Assembly (NCBI RefSeq): GCF_030028105.1
Contig: NC_092370.1
Coordinates: 115,842,221-115,906,220, forward strand
Direction: 5' to 3'
From: Mobula birostris
Lineage: Eukaryota
DNA length: 64,000 nucleotides
Shown: positions 1 through 14,328 of the stretch, piece by piece
Numbering within the stretch: position 1 is the first letter of the stretch
Layout: each line of letters starts with the position of its first letter
Position numbers and translations under genes: made by a program
The notes under the pieces: model-generated
Seen by the model: the letters and a program-made list of their open reading frames with translations, nothing else
What the model was told of the DNA's origin: nothing
Database searches by the model: none

Positions 1-951
1 CTGAGATAGCCACGAAAGCACTGAAAATGTTGCTTCCATTTCCAACATATCTCTGCAATGAATGCAACGAAAACTAAATTGCAGAATAGACTGGACATAA
101 GGAACCCCCTTCGAGTATCGCTGTCTCCCATCACCCCTCGATGGGACCGTGTTGTCGCAGGAAAACAAGCCCAGGGCTCCCACTGATTCAGCAATATTGG
201 TGTGTTGCAATATTTTATATGTTCATACGGGGAAAATATGTGCTGTGTGTTTAATATCCAAACGTTACTTAAAATGTTACGATGCTATTGACTTATAAGT
301 GACTTATATAACCATATAACAATTACAGCATGGAAACAGACAATCTCTGCCCTTCTAGTCCGTGGTGAACGCTACTCTCACCTAGTCCCACCGACCTGCA
401 CTCAGCCTATAACCCTGCATTCCTTTCCTGTCCATATACCCATCCAATTTTTCTTTAAATGACAAGATCGAACCTGCCTCTACCACTTCTACTGGAAGTT
501 CATTCAACACTTACTTCAAGCTCCCCTGTCCTCCCCTGATAATTGACTTATCACTATATTCATGCGTGGAAAATATGCGCTATGTGTTTAATATTAAATT
601 CGTTAGATAAACCCTTTTAGAAACGAAATTGAGTGTATTAGCCATTTATCACCTATACAGTACTGTCTTCCGGTCGTGATTAACACCGCCCCCTGCCCCC
701 CCCCCCCGCAACCAGAATCGCAAAAGACGATTTGTAGAAAAAAATGGGCATGTACACACATGCACAAGGCACGCATGCGCACTGGTGCCCGCGCAAGGCT
801 TCATGGTCATTGTAGTCTTACTTTGGGTAAACCCAACGTATTTGACAGCTACTCTTGTCTGTTGGCAACCCCCCCCCACCGGTCGGCCGGTCCGCAAGAA
901 TATTGTCAATAATAAACCGGTCCGCAGTGCAAAAAAGGTTGGGGACCCCTG
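1..951 (+). mobile_element. hAT (Charlie-type) DNA transposon, 3' part, cut by the window edge
   Basis: Transposase C-terminal relic (ATKALKMLLPFPTYLC...LRVSLSPITPRWDRVVAGKQAQGSH*). Right TIR AAAAAGGTTGGGGACCCCTG ends at 951 and is followed by CTCTAGAT (NTCTAGAN target consensus). Confidence 0.88.
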
Positions 952-2113
952 CTCTAGATTCTCTGTCTCAGAGGGTGGTGGGCAGATCATTAGAAATATT
1001 TATGGTGGGGGTAGACAAACCGAGAAAGGAAGATCAGGAATTGAGGGTGATGGACAGCTGGCACAGAAGAGTTGAGGTCAGCATAGATCAGAATGTCAGA
1101 ACAGCTGTGAGGGATTGAGTAGCCTCTCTCACTCCCAGTCACACATTTCTGCTCAGCTCTTGAGGACCTTGCAGGCAGAGCAGTTTATGTTCACTGGGAT
1201 GGGGGCTCTCACTTTAAATCCCGCTTCCTGTGGCCAGTTCTCCCACAGCAAAAAGAAGTTCTGATCGACATTCTGTTTATTCAAAAGTTAGGCTTGATGT
1301 AGACTTGTAAACTATATCATCCTTTGGCCTCAATTTTGGGAGAGTGATGTTGTATTGAAATGTCCCTGCACCTCTCAGTATATGATCAGCATGAAAGTGT
1401 TGGGCCAAAGGGCTGGTTTCTTTGCTGTATGACTATTATTCTTTCATGAGTGAGATCTCAAGGACTGTTTCTAACATGTGTTGTGGGATCTTACTTACTC
1501 AGGCCCAAGCTCATTGACCCACTGAGGAGCACAACCAGCTAGCGACCGTGTGAAGCAGCTAGAAACAATTATCAACAATTTTAATATCCCAGGACCAAAA
1601 TCTGATGACAGCTTTGCCCAGTTTTTAATCACAGAATGGCACAGTGGAGTGGGGTGGGGGGATACATGATGTGGTGAGAGTGAGACAAATACATTCTGCT
1701 GTTTTGAACTTTGCATCAGCTGATGGTTTTATAGGTTGAAGTATACTCAACTCCTCTCCTTGGTATGCTGTGATTCCTTAGCATTCTCAACAAGATTTCA
1801 GAGTTATTATTTCCAAAGAAATTTTAATTTCCTATTTCTTAATTTTAATCTTAAAATAGACTATATACAAATTTTCAGTTAAACATGGAAAATACACATG
1901 TAAATATGTAATCCAACAATTCATTGATGTAAATTTTATGAAGTATGCATAAGTTATGAGGGCAAATGATTAGCTAAATGTGATCAATGCACCACTTGCA
2001 AATTGGCAGATATAAATTGTATTCACTATTTTAATTGTGTGAATATATTTTGTTTGTAATTTCACAATTGTTAATATAGAAGTTTTAGAAGACTTGAAGA
2101 GTTAGATACCCAC

Positions 2114-2205
2114 TCTTTACTTTCTTCTAGTTGCAGTATATCAGAGGCTTGGCTGGAGAACCATGTGTAACTCCAGGTCTTCCTGGAGCCATAGGCAATT
2201 TTAAC
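2114..2205 (-). CDS. PKHD1L1: Fibrocystin-L exon 14 (gene continues beyond the left edge)
   Basis: VKIAYGSRKTWSYTWFSSQASDILQLEESKE, 92 nt, ctag/gtgggt boundaries. No further exon was found in 1-2113. Confidence 0.9.
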
Positions 2206-3401
2206 CTAGGGAATGATGCAAAGGTGGAACATATGTTATTAGTCTACACAAGTTCCTTCTTTATTTTTAATTAGAGGCAGCATCTACTAGTTCTCAAATG
2301 TTGTCAAAGTGACCAGTTTGTGTGCATGCAACTTATCAGACGTCATTATTTGAAGTCATTCTTTTCCAGTGAAACAGGGATGTGCCCCCTCCCCCTCACT
2401 GTCAGATTACTGCTGGGCTCAAAGAAACATCACGTATGGCTTTACTGCAGAGTACTCAGGAACATGTAAAATGTGACTCTCTAACTAGATCAAGGCAGAC
2501 CTCAAGCTGCTCAGCATCACACGAAGATGCAGAACAAAACAGGCCCTTCAGCCCATCAAGTCCCTGCTGACATTGGATCATCCATTTGCACTAATCCTAA
2601 AAAAAATCCCACTTTTATTCTCCCCACATTCCCACCAACTCCTCCCAGACTGTACCCCTCACATACACACTAGCAACCAATGAATCCACTAACCTGCTTG
2701 TCCTTGGGAAGTGGGAGGAAGCTCGAGCACCTGGAAGAGGCCCCCATGGTCACGTGGAGAACATCCATGTTGCACACAGACAGTGCCAGAGGTCAGGATT
2801 GAACCCAGGTCTCTCTTGCTTTGAGGCAAATGCTCAGATGCATCACTGCTACGGATTTCAGAGCCCTCACTGCTCCTGTATTTTATGCAGTCATTCCACA
2901 ATCTAACTATCTGCAATCTCACAATCTAGCACTCTATATCAATCTGTTACCATCCTTGTCCACTCTGTCTCTCAATAGCATCCCGGTGAAGATATTTTCC
3001 CAAAATACAGATTCAACTCCACTCGATACATGCTTCTAAATTACTTGCTCAGGATTGGAAGTGCTTCATTTTAAAATTTATTTTCCACAAATATACACAT
3101 TTATCAGGATACCTGAGGGACAAAATTCTGTAACCCCATTCCCAGTCACGCACATCTGAAGCAACTTACTGAAGACCTGCATTGTTATTGAATATGACTC
3201 TGTCCCACTGGTGTCAGGGAGACTCACCCATTCTCACAGCTATAGTCACATTGTTAAAACTGATAGCAGTTCTCATCACTATCGTTCACATGTATGAAAC
3301 CTCAACATTCACAAGGATCTATTGGCTGTTGTTAAATTCATACGAAAGCCAACAGAATCGGTGAACATTCAAGCATGATTACAAAATATCTCTTTATATA
3401 C

Positions 3402-3658
3402 CTTATCCTGAGGATGCCCGGTTAAGCTAAGGAAAAGTTCGTATACACCGCTCCCTCTGATGTAGAAACGGTAATCATCAGTCACTGGAGCAACAAAGAA
3501 TCCACTAAGACGGGTAACAGATGGACTCCATGCTGTGGAGGATTTATAAAAGGCCTCATCAACCCATGATGCTGAGTATCCCACACTACTTTCATTGTAG
3601 TTTGGCAAGTCACTCAGGGTACCACCCTTCCAAGTTTCCACCTTCAAACCTCTTCCTC
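3402..3658 (-). CDS. PKHD1L1: Fibrocystin-L exon 13 (PA14 domain)
   Basis: GGRGLKVETWK...SASWVDEA...RLSGFFVAPVTDDYRFYIRG...LTGHPQDK, 257 nt, ttag/gtata boundaries. Confidence 0.95.
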
Positions 3659-4119
3659 CTAAACAACAGATAATTGACAAAGTCAATACTTGCAAAGAAA
3701 GACTGATTTTAATTTGTGTCCTACTAGTAGCAGTACTGTAAACAGTTATTGGCCCTGTAGAGTTCATACCACAAACATCAGAGTACAAATGTACAATTCT
3801 GAGGCCGGATGCACTTCACACATGGCTCCTCAGCTTTATTGTAACTTAGGGAACGTACGTTTCCAGGTGAAAATACTCAGAAAAGTGTCTGAATTTATTT
3901 ATATACTTCATTTTAATGTTAAAATATGGCACATTAAAGTGTTTAAATTACATACATTTAATTTTCTTTAATTACTGAAGCCTAGATGGACTGTTATTAA
4001 ATATCTCTGGGTCATGTTACAATGGCTCAAAAGCCTCCTGTAGCGGTGAACTGGGCCAGTTTCAGAATTCACAGTGTCTGATGACAAATGTTTTACTTGT
4101 TCCAAGTGTCACTGAAGCA

Positions 4120-4730
4120 ACCAAAGTCAAGTTTATGGCCGTATACATAGGTGCAATGAAACACTTACTTGCCACAGCATCACAGGCACATTGCATCATA
4201 TAAGCAGCAGTCACAAGAGAAACAAATTATACAGAAGGTTTACAAAGAAGTACACAATTAAAAAAAAAGTCCCTTGTCATGCAAACTGTAGTGATTAGAG
4301 CTTGGCCTGTTGGTTCAAGAGCCGAATATTTGAAAGAATGTAGCTGTTCTTGAACGTGGCAGTGTGGGACTTCAGGCCTCTGTACATTCTGCCCAATAGA
4401 AGATGTAAAAAGATGGCGTAGTTCATTTAGTGGGGTCTTTGATATGGACGTTGGCATTTTGAGGCAGCACCTCTTGTAGCTACTACCAACGGTGGGGAGA
4501 GATGTATCCTTAATGTATTGGGCAGGGTCTACTACTCTCTACAGCTTAAAGCCCTACACATCCAATTGCTATACCAGGCCATGAAGCAACCAGTATACTT
4601 TCAACAGTATATCTACAGAAGTCTGTTACAGTGTTTGGTGATGACACCAAACCTCCTAAGACACTGGCACACTTTGCTTATGACTGCAACTGTATGCTGG
4701 GCCCAGGATAGTCACCCAACATATTAAGCT
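4120..4730 (-). mobile_element. Rex/Babar-type LINE 3' fragment
   Basis: Similar by eye to the 3' region of 37442-38030. Confidence 0.65.
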
Positions 4731-7559
4731 GTGTGTGCTTACAATAAAAACAGCCACCTTGCCTCAAAGCTTCCAATCAGAGGAGATTGTAGTAACTAGG
4801 CAGGATAACTAGTACATAGTAATAGCAGCAGAGAGAAAATAATTTAACTCAAGGGTCTATGCAAATCTCCACCTACTTCCCTTTTTCCAATGAATATTTT
4901 GCCCATATGTGCCTCCCTCATTCATCTCACATTGTGGCAGCAAGTCCACTCCTGCCCATTGACTAAAGGTGCAGAATTGTAGTTGATTTAGAAGTAACTA
5001 CCTTATGCTTATGCCTCATATGTTTTTATTCCCCAGAAATAAAAACTTCAGCATGTGTACTCCTAATTCTAAAGAACTCCATCAAGGCAGTCTTCAATGA
5101 TCCCTTTCATTCAAGAATATATAAACAGAGGCAGTTGGCCACTCAGCCCCTCCAGTCTAATCTGCTGTTCAATAAGGCCATGAGAGATCCAATATTGGCC
5201 TCAACCCTCACCTTCCCACTCTCTCCCCATCCCTCAATTCCTATTTAGTTGAAATGTATGTCAATCACTATTATCAATATATTCACTAATTCCACTGCCA
5301 CACTCAAATTTAAAGATTCACACCTCAGAAAAAAATTCCTTCTTCTCAGTCTTAAATGGGTGACCATTATTTTGAAACCATGCCCTTCCAGATGTAACCA
5401 TTCTCTCAACACCCAGCCTGCTGATCCACCTCAGAATACTAAAAGTTCCAATACAAATAACTTCCATTCTTCTAATCTCCAATAAACATCTCAAAGGCGT
5501 GCCTATTCTTTCTCCCCAGAAATAAACCAGTTGAACCTTCTTGGCACCATATCCAATGTAAGCATGGAGACAATATCATACAGTTGCATCAAAATATCCC
5601 CATTTTCAATCCCCCATTGCATTAGAGCCAACACCCAGTTAACCTCCCTAACAACTTCTTTGCAGAATGGATAACTTTACATCTTGCCACATTGTATTTC
5701 ATTTGCAAATTTCATAACCACTCACTTAGCTTACCCCTATCCTTTTGTATCTCCTCACAACTTACTACCTTTATACCACCAGAATGTTCACCACAGTACG
5801 CTCAATCCCTTTATCCAATTTATTTTCATGCATTGTGTGTTCCTGAGGATCTAGTACTGATTCTTCTGGCATCCCAGTAATGACTGGTCTACAGGTTACA
5901 AATAATCAACTTCCCCTGAATCCATTTTCTCCTTGTTAGCCACTCTTCTTGTATTGTACCAACTTTGCCATCTTATCTTAACTTTCATGTGGCAATTTAT
6001 CAAATACTTTCTAAAATCCAAGAAGATTGCTACAATGGGATCATCTTTATGCCCCCTCTCAGTTGTTACAATGTTCAAAGACCTCTAGAACATTTTATCA
6101 AACACCATTTTGCTTTCATAAAGCTGCATTTACTCTGTTTAATCCAAGAGCACACATGTTGTTCAGAACAGAAGCATAATTAGCTTGTGTGCTGCTGCCC
6201 TTGTTGTTTCCAGATACAGAAGAAGCTAACTGACCCACCTACATGTTCTCAGTCCTGAAATCTCATGGGTTTGTTCCATCATACTTTCCCCAACTAATTG
6301 ACTAGTTCAGATTGAAACCAATGAATGAATCCCTACACTAGACTGGAGAGCAGCTGCCACACTTAGTTTGATACCACTTAACTGCAGGAAGAGAGTGCAT
6401 TGTGGTAACAACAACAAGGGACTGGTGTGATTAATTAGATTGTTGATTGATTCCTGCTTGCTCCCTTGGAATTCCTTGTTAAACAAACCACATGAAATAG
6501 CTTTGTGTCTTATTTTCTCCTTTCAGCGAATTGTTTAGAATTTTTTTTTTGTCATCTTTGTTAATTGGTAGAGGCACCTATAAATGTTTGTTTGGAGCTA
6601 GACTCAGAAATATCTGATTGAATCCATATTTCTTTGGGACATCGTAAGGCTAGGAAAGGTACTGCAGAGAAGCTTGTTTTCCTTTAGGGTTTATAGAAGA
6701 AACTTTGAATTGGTCTAATAGAAGACTCCTTTCCCCACCGTGCATGTGAGACAGCATTAGTCAAGGTGAGGAGGTTGTTCAGGGACTCACAGATCAGAAT
6801 TTATAATTTTAATTTGTACTCATGATGGTAAAATCAATCCCTGTTGTCCAACGTAAGCTATATCTGAATGTAAGATGTGATTCTGATTAATAAAGTTTAT
6901 CTAATGGAAAATGTTGTGAAGCCTTGTTATTCAAGGGACTGAACTGAATTCTGCCCACTTACCATAAGGATAGTCTACAAATCAGTCTGACAAGCCTACT
7001 ATGCAAGTGGCACTTTAGCTCATAGGCAACACATGATTCAGAAGGTCAGGTTACTCCAGAAACATGAATATAGGCCTATAGTTGAAGGAAGGTCAGGTTG
7101 TCTGAGATGCTAAACTAACGACCTATTCAATAAGATGGACTTGAATGATTCAGAGGATTATATTAAGCAATTGGTTACACCATTAATCAGATCACTTATG
7201 GCACAGTCACCTCTGGGATTGTTCTCTGAATAGGTTTGTTGTTATGTATGTCTCCGTTACAAAAACATCCAGAGCCTTTACTAGCGTCAAACTCCCCAAA
7301 GCATCTCACTGGAGACATATGAGACTAAATAGTATCCCATGCAAGGAGATGAGGATGAGTGACCAAAGGCTCGGCCAATCAGGGATTAAGCAATGTCTTG
7401 AAGCAGAGCTGAAGGTATTGCCATCAATGGTGGAGGAAAGGGAAGTTGCTATGACATTGAAAATATTAAGTTGGCCATAAAACACTCCATCTCTTGATAA
7501 TATACAGATTGCTCCTAGACATGTCTTTTTTTGTCATACCATTTGAATTACCAGATGAT

Positions 7560-7790
7560 TGGAGATTGGCAAATGTTATGCATTTGTTTAAGAAAGATAA
7601 TAGGGATCATTTTGGGAATGGATGAATGTAGAACAGTGGATGTGGTGTATATGGATTTTAGTAAGACGTTGGACAAGATTACCCTCATTAAATTGATTCA
7701 GAAAGTCAGGAGGCATGGAATCCAGGGATACATCACTGCGTGGATTGAGAATTGGCTTGCCTACAGAAAGCAGAGGGTGGTAGAAGATGG
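7560..7790 (+). mobile_element. CR1 RT fragment
   Basis: VDVVYMDFSKTLDK...HGIQG..WIENWL..RKQRVV. Confidence 0.75.
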
Positions 7791-8226
7791 AGGAAGGATA
7801 TGCCTGTGTATGCTGGAAAATGTTAACTATTTCTGAGGAAGAGTATTTGCAGGTTAGATGCACTTGAACCACCCGGCTCTTCTCTTTAGTTAATTTGTCC
7901 AACATAAGCTCGAGCCAAGTAGTTGGGGTTTGTGTAGGATTGTGTGCCATGGTGACTGAGATTAAGTGTGCTGATATAATTAATATTATAGAATTAATCT
8001 AGTTTAGGATACCAACCACATGAACTAGATTAGAAATAAGTGGCCAGTTATAGTACCATGAATATCTAACACATTGTCCTGTTTATGCTTAATGCAATCA
8101 TATCTACTGTCATTAACCAATACTTTAATATTTATGTCATTTAACATCATCTAAGAATATATTAATAATTTGATATACTTACCATATTACATTTTTGATG
8201 AAAATATGTTAATTAAAATAAACTAC

Positions 8227-8316
8227 CTGGGAAAACTGTTCTGGAAAAATTGCTTTCTTTTGGCACCTGGCAGATTATTTGACTTGCGTTGAGCCTGAGA
8301 ATCTCACAGGTTTGGT
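8227..8316 (-). CDS. PKHD1L1: Fibrocystin-L exon 12
   Basis: DQTCEILRLNASQIICQVPKESNFSRTVFP, 90 nt, gcag/gtagt boundaries. Confidence 0.92.
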
Positions 8317-9424
8317 CTGCTTAAGACAAAGAATAAAACAAAAATAACTCAAAAATATCAGAAAGATTTTAAATCTAAATTCAGCTTGAATGCACTTTGC
8401 TGAACAGTACAGTGGATGATAGGTTGAGCACACAGGACGGATATTTTCAAATGAATGGAGGTTAACATCACTAGCTATAAATTGCCCTCTCTGTAACTGT
8501 ATATATTATAATTTTCAAATTGTGAAAGGTGTTAAAACAATGCTAGATTTAAGAAATGAAGCTTGCACAATAGAATAGATTGTGGACTGAGTCAATAGGG
8601 TCAAGTTTAATATGCAGTTGGTTTCAGAAGTCTATGACTCCTTCCATTGGATGCAAACTCCCAGGTACGTTGATCTGTCTACCACAGTCACTTGTCAATA
8701 AATGGAACATATGCCATTGCTCTCATTTGTCTCTCTGAGCCAGAAGGTTATGGAATCTTCCCTGTTCAGACAATTCAGCATTACAGCGATGCTTCAGTGT
8801 GGTACTGGGGGAGCACTACACCTCCGTTCCACATCGAAGTATCATTTTGATGGTGATGTATACCATCTTTCAAGGGTTCTGTTTTTCTGACGAGTTATTA
8901 GTCAAGCATCATCTGCTCACTGAATTACCCCAGAGAACAGAAGGAGCAGGGTTCCCCTTAATCACTAACTATTCCTGAACCAATGTTACATGGCTGCTTG
9001 TGGGAGCTTGTTCTGCAAAACTGGCTGCCGTATTTTATGTATTTTTATTTAGCGATATGGTCCTTCCAGCCCCTCGAGCCATGCTGGCCTAGCAACCCCC
9101 GAGAAACCTGATTAACCCCAGCCTAATCATGAAACAATTTACAATGACCAACATCTTTGGACTGTGGAGGAAAGCAGAGAACCTGGAGAAAACCCACACA
9201 TTCCACAGGGAGGATGTACACAGACTTCTCACACTGTAAGGCTTACAGGATGACAGTGGAATTGAACTCCGAACTCCGGAACACCCCAAGCTGTAATGGC
9301 ATCACACTAACCGCTATGTGACTGTGGCACCCAAAAAGCTGGAAAAGGGTTTTGTGTGGTTCTGAGGTTGTCAAGGGCACTGTAGGTAGCGTCTCGGCAC
9401 TGTTCTGGCTTCCCCAGTACATAC

Positions 9425-9535
9425 CTGCCACAGTAACTCTGGCTGGGGCATCCGTTTCATCAAAGAACCTCCCTTTCACTGTCAGCTGAGTGCCTCCTTC
9501 CATACTCCCTTCAGACGGGTAGATGCCAGTCATCT
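9425..9535 (-). CDS. PKHD1L1: Fibrocystin-L exon 11 (IPT/TIG)
   Basis: EMTGIYPSEGSMEGGTQLTVKGRFFDETDAPARVTVA, a typical TIG P..GS..GGT.LT..G motif. 111 nt, gaag/gtatgt boundaries. Confidence 0.95.
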
Positions 9536-12500
9536 CTTCGAAGGAAGAAATGCAGCATTTAACATCACCAACACATATCAAATCTTCTTTCATTCTAAAC
9601 TATAAATGATATAATTAAAACAAAAACATATCTTGCTCTTTAGATTTAGCAATCATATGAAAACTGAACTCTGGAAATACTTAACAGGTCAGGCAGCAGC
9701 AGTGGAGAAAGAAGAAGCATCAACATTTCAGGTTACTGACCTTTCATTAGAGAGTTATTATTTCAGACTACCAGCATTTGCAGAATTTTGTTCTGTTTAT
9801 ATTGTATTTAATTGGCTTCGGCCTCAGTTCAGGAACTAACTTATCCAGAAGGAGACTGAGATTGACAAAAATCACAGTGTTACAAACGCTAAGATCCTGA
9901 AATCAACAGAGAAACTTCCGGAAACATTCCAAGATAGGTGAACAGCAGCACAAAAGACAGACACAGAAACACATGGTCTGCTTGATGTGGCAGATAATTT
10001 CCTCTCATAGAATAATTGCAAATGGCCTTTCCTCTGGCCTGATGCTTGGAGATGGATTAGCCACAGCTATCCATTGATGCAAGAACACCTGCGGCATATT
10101 TGGCTTTCAGTATTGGGATTGGGAGACATATTGGGCCTTGTGGAGGAAGATGCACAGGAACAGGCCACCTAGCTCAAACTGTACTCACCTTTCATATGGT
10201 GTGGCTCACATTCACTGATCCTGTCCTTCAAACATCCAGCCAGTTCTGAGTTTCAATGTAAACTGGTCAGTATTTGGACATTATCTTCATACCACTGCCT
10301 CTCCTGTTCTCAGTCCTGATGTTCTGCTATTTGGTCATATATCTATGCTCACTACTCTTGATTCCTACTCTCAGCCTATTGCTTCCTAATTTCAGACTCC
10401 TCCACCAAGCTCCCTACTTCAACGCTTGCAAGGATCGCTGTGACTTTGGGATTTAGATCTGCCTTTGGAAAGCTACTGAAGTTTCCAGAGAGAAAAGTAA
10501 GCAAACTTCAGCAGTTGAGATGCTGTCCCAACTATCACATAGGAAGACCAAAACTCCTCTTCCAAAAGCCCTTGGCCTACTTATGGTATACCGTGATTCT
10601 ATCTTCAGCTCTGTTTTTAGATTCAATAATAATGTGAAGGTTGGAAGTGTAGTGCTTATTGAGAAACAACTTGATTTCATGTTAGTTTGCCGGAAGGAGG
10701 CAGCCTAGAATGTTGCTGCTCACAGCTCAGAACCTCAGTGGATGACATTGGGGGAGAAGTTATAAAATTTTGGTTCTTTGAATAGATCAATGTTAATCAG
10801 ATCCTGCCTGAGCCTCACACGTTCTGATATCGAACACAAGATTGACTTTGGATACCAGTCCCAATTCAGTGGGTTTTTGGGGATAAATTAGCTACTTTAA
10901 ACAGGAGTTGATAAAACATTCTCTGTGGATCCTGAGAGAAAGGGGAATGATGCAGTGAACTAGATCTTTGTAGGTTTGTATTTCTTTATCAGCAGTGACT
11001 GACATGGAACCACATCTCTGCCTGCAGGCTCAGATACCATTAACTACAGCAGCTGCTTCAATCCAATTACCCAGATGACATTTTTACCACTAGTTATATT
11101 TCTGCTGGAATTTTTCTGACTCTTGATGCTATTTCACAAACAAAACCTCTGTACCTTCAACCAATAAGTATTTTTATAGCTGCCTAATAAATCTGCCAAA
11201 CTTGAAGTAAATTAAGGAAGCTAATAACCTTTCCCAAATATATGTCTGCATATTTAGTTACGCATAACCTCCAGAGCACTCCCACATTTTGAGGTCTCTC
11301 AGGAGCATCCCTTGTCCTTCCTCTTCCCGCCTCCACCTCCCATTTTCATCCCTTTCTGTGTCCCAGCTGCACTCTCGCCCCAGATCTTCCTCGAAGCCCA
11401 ATGGCAGAGCAGGAGCCTGCCGAGATTCCCAGCACTCACTGGGAGCTCAGGCCTGGATCCTGCAGCTGGTTATACCGGGCAGGGGATTCACAAGTCCATT
11501 CATTTGGGGGAGTGACAGGTCGAAGGGAGTAGAGCAGTAAAATGGTGCAGGAGGTAGTGCTGCCCTCTCACATCCCCAGGGCTCCAGGTTCAACCCTGAC
11601 CTAGGACACTGCCCACGTGGGGTTTGCACTTTCTCCCTGAGTTAGTTCTGTGTGTTTGTTCCCCCACCCCATAACTCAAAGACTTAGGTTGATAAGTTAA
11701 TTTACCATTGTAAATGACCTCTTACTGTGGGGAGAGGGTTTGCAGCAGAACTGAGATGGAGTTGGTGAGCAGCTGAGAGAGAATGAGTGATGGGTGGCCA
11801 CAGGGAGAGGAACTAATGGAATTGTCCTGTTGGGAATCAGCATGGACCCAATGTACAGAATAGCCTCCTTCTGTGTTAATCAGTAAGTAACAAAGGGATA
11901 AAGGCCAATTATACATACTAAATTATTTACTGTTGTTTGTTTTAATTTATTATTTAAAGTGCTTTAGCTAATTTTGTTTTAAGGGTTAATAATGTTCGAG
12001 TCAGGATTTGCAAGCTGCAGAAAGCCGCAGATGTTCCGGTGGGGGATCTTGTGCTCTCGACTAGCTACATTCCACAACATTGTTCCAGACACTGTCACTG
12101 CCCCCGCACTGCCCCGTGCCAATCCTGGGAAGAGAAGAGAAGGTGGGTGGGAGAAAGGGGCTCCAGAAGGGATCTGGGAACCTCAGATGTGGAGTAGGGA
12201 TTTGATCAGTTTCCTTCCTCTTGCATGTGTGTAATTAGTCCAATAAACAGTTCATCATTTCACCGCCCAGTGGCTGGGACTGCATGGGAAAGACTCCACA
12301 TTGTACCCAGACTCTTCCTTGTCAAGCAGTGTGCATGTATACCCATGTATCTGGACTGGAAACTGTGAACCAATCTACACTGAGTATGACTCTTGAAGGA
12401 GGTTGGGATGACTGAATTCACCTTCTAATGATCACAATCTCATCCTGATTTACAAATCGCTCCTTGACCCACCATTCCCTATCACAAACTTGTCCGATAC

Positions 12501-12792
12501 CGTAAAATTCTAACATCTCTGCTCCTTTCTCATCCCAGAATTTAATTACTACTCCATTCATTTTCCAGACTCCTGGAGTTCCCTCCCAGAACCTTCTCCT
12601 TAAAGCCAACCCTCTTGACTTTATGGTCATTGGACCTACCATTTCCTGGATGACAGTATGCTTGATATCACTTGTATGAAACAGCTGTTGAGTAATGAGG
12701 GTAAGGTCCGCCCCAGGATCACAGAGATGAAGGCAATGGAAAAGACTGTCACTCCTTAACTCACTAATCCTAATGAACGGTGGTGTCCTTAC

Positions 12793-12863
12793 CTGCGTAG
12801 GTTTGGAACATGCTGAGTTTATTGAGAGAGGAGACAAAATAAGCTTTCGCAGTAGGTAGAGAC
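12793..12863 (-). CDS. PKHD1L1: Fibrocystin-L exon 10
   Basis: SLPTAKAYFVSSLNKLSMFQTYA, 71 nt, gcag/gtaag boundaries. The ORF-track entry 12418..12921 reads it in the wrong frame. Confidence 0.95.
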
Positions 12864-13306
12864 CTGCAGTGGGAGTAACAGGGAACACACAATTTTGATC
12901 TAAAGGTGAAAACTGCACCATAAAAGTAATGTATTTTGGAATATAGTGCTTGAAAATTTACTTAATAAATGTAATATTTACATACAACATACAAATATGT
13001 TATGCTGAGAGAGTTGTGTGCATGGGTGCTCAAGATGCGACATACTCATTTAAGCATGCTATGTGAAAAATTCCCACCTAGCCCAAAAATATCAAGTCTG
13101 CTCTAAAAATTACAAAACATTAGAAGTTTGATTCAGAGTTTATTTGAAGTACATGAAAACCAAATAGCAAATTAATGCTATGTAATTATCAGCGGATAAT
13201 TGCACAGAAACCAATACTTGGTGTGCACACATGAAGCCTCCCTCAGTGACATTGGCTCTACAGCTTCCACTGTGTGATTTTAAGTTAATTGGTTGAAATG
13301 TCTTAC

Positions 13307-13349
13307 CTTCCATAGCCATTATCCAAAATGAAGCTCATATTATGGTGAC
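13307..13349 (-). CDS. PKHD1L1: Fibrocystin-L exon 9
   Basis: GHHNMSFILDNGYGR, 43 nt, tcag/gtaag boundaries, after an 80-nt intron. Confidence 0.94.
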
Positions 13350-13429
13350 CTGAAATCGGCAATGAGAAATTGAAATGCTATGCCTGTTCCAGCTTTGACA
13401 ATGTCTTATAGATCATTAATGAATCTTAC

Positions 13430-13497
13430 CTATGTATGTACCAGTCATTCTGCATGTCATAGTGCCTTTATTCCCGGAGTTAAGTTTCAAACCATAC
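13430..13497 (-). CDS. PKHD1L1: Fibrocystin-L exon 8
   Basis: YGLKLNSGNKGTMTCRMTGTYI, 68 nt, gcag/gtaag boundaries. Confidence 0.93.
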
Positions 13498-14274
13498 CTG
13501 CAAGTTTAAAATCTTTCATTGTATTCAACAAAAATATTAATATTGCAATCAGTTTACAGGAAGGTGAAATCTACATGGGAAAATAGTTCTCCCAGGGCAA
13601 TATGAAACTTCAGAGTGATCTCAATGAGGCAGAAAGTTTCTTGGCAAGGTTCCTTCCATGACCAGCCACCAGTCACGAAGTTTCAAAACTTCAGAGTCAA
13701 AATAAACCTGAGGGATGAAGTCCAAAGTTGATGATGGTAAAGCAGCTCTTCAGATGATGGTAGACTGTGGATTTGAAGCTGTTACCTTGCTCCACTACCC
13801 AAGACCAGTTCACCTGCATTTGTTGAAGGGTGTAAAATATAAGGTAGGGCAGCTTGTGGTGTAGGCCGGAGTCCTAAGTGGAGTGCTGAGGAGTACTGAG
13901 TGTCAGTAGTCCTCCAGTCACCAGGTCCTGGATCTTACCATCAGTAGCGGTGCAGCAATGCGGGTTGCTAACTTTGGAAGAAGCAACCTCAAAGATCCAG
14001 TGACGGCTAACCACTGGGAATTTAATTACAAACACAAAAGTCACACCAATAGGTTATGTGTATAAACAAAGGGACAACTTTTCAGATTGGATTAAGCGAG
14101 GACTACCTCCAGAATTGTAGAAAGCAACTAAGAAAGTTCAGAATGAGTTGGTCCAAATTTGGGAAGAAAATGACTGAGTCACTTTAAGCAGATATCACAG
14201 TGGGCCAGACTGAACCAAAACAGACTCAACGAAACATCCTCACTCACAACCTCATTACATTTAGATAAACTCAC

Positions 14275-14328
14275 AAGTTATCGGAGTCCGGATGAAGTAA
14301 GTCACAGAGCTTTCCTCCAGCATAGACT
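14275..14328 (-). CDS. PKHD1L1: Fibrocystin-L exon 7
   Basis: VYAGGKLCDLLHPDSDNL, 54 nt, ctag/gtgagt boundaries. Confidence 0.93.

Noticed and set aside
12418-12921. 167-aa ORF
   Set aside because: It overlaps PKHD1L1 exon 10 in the wrong frame plus intronic or repeat sequence, with no coherent protein.
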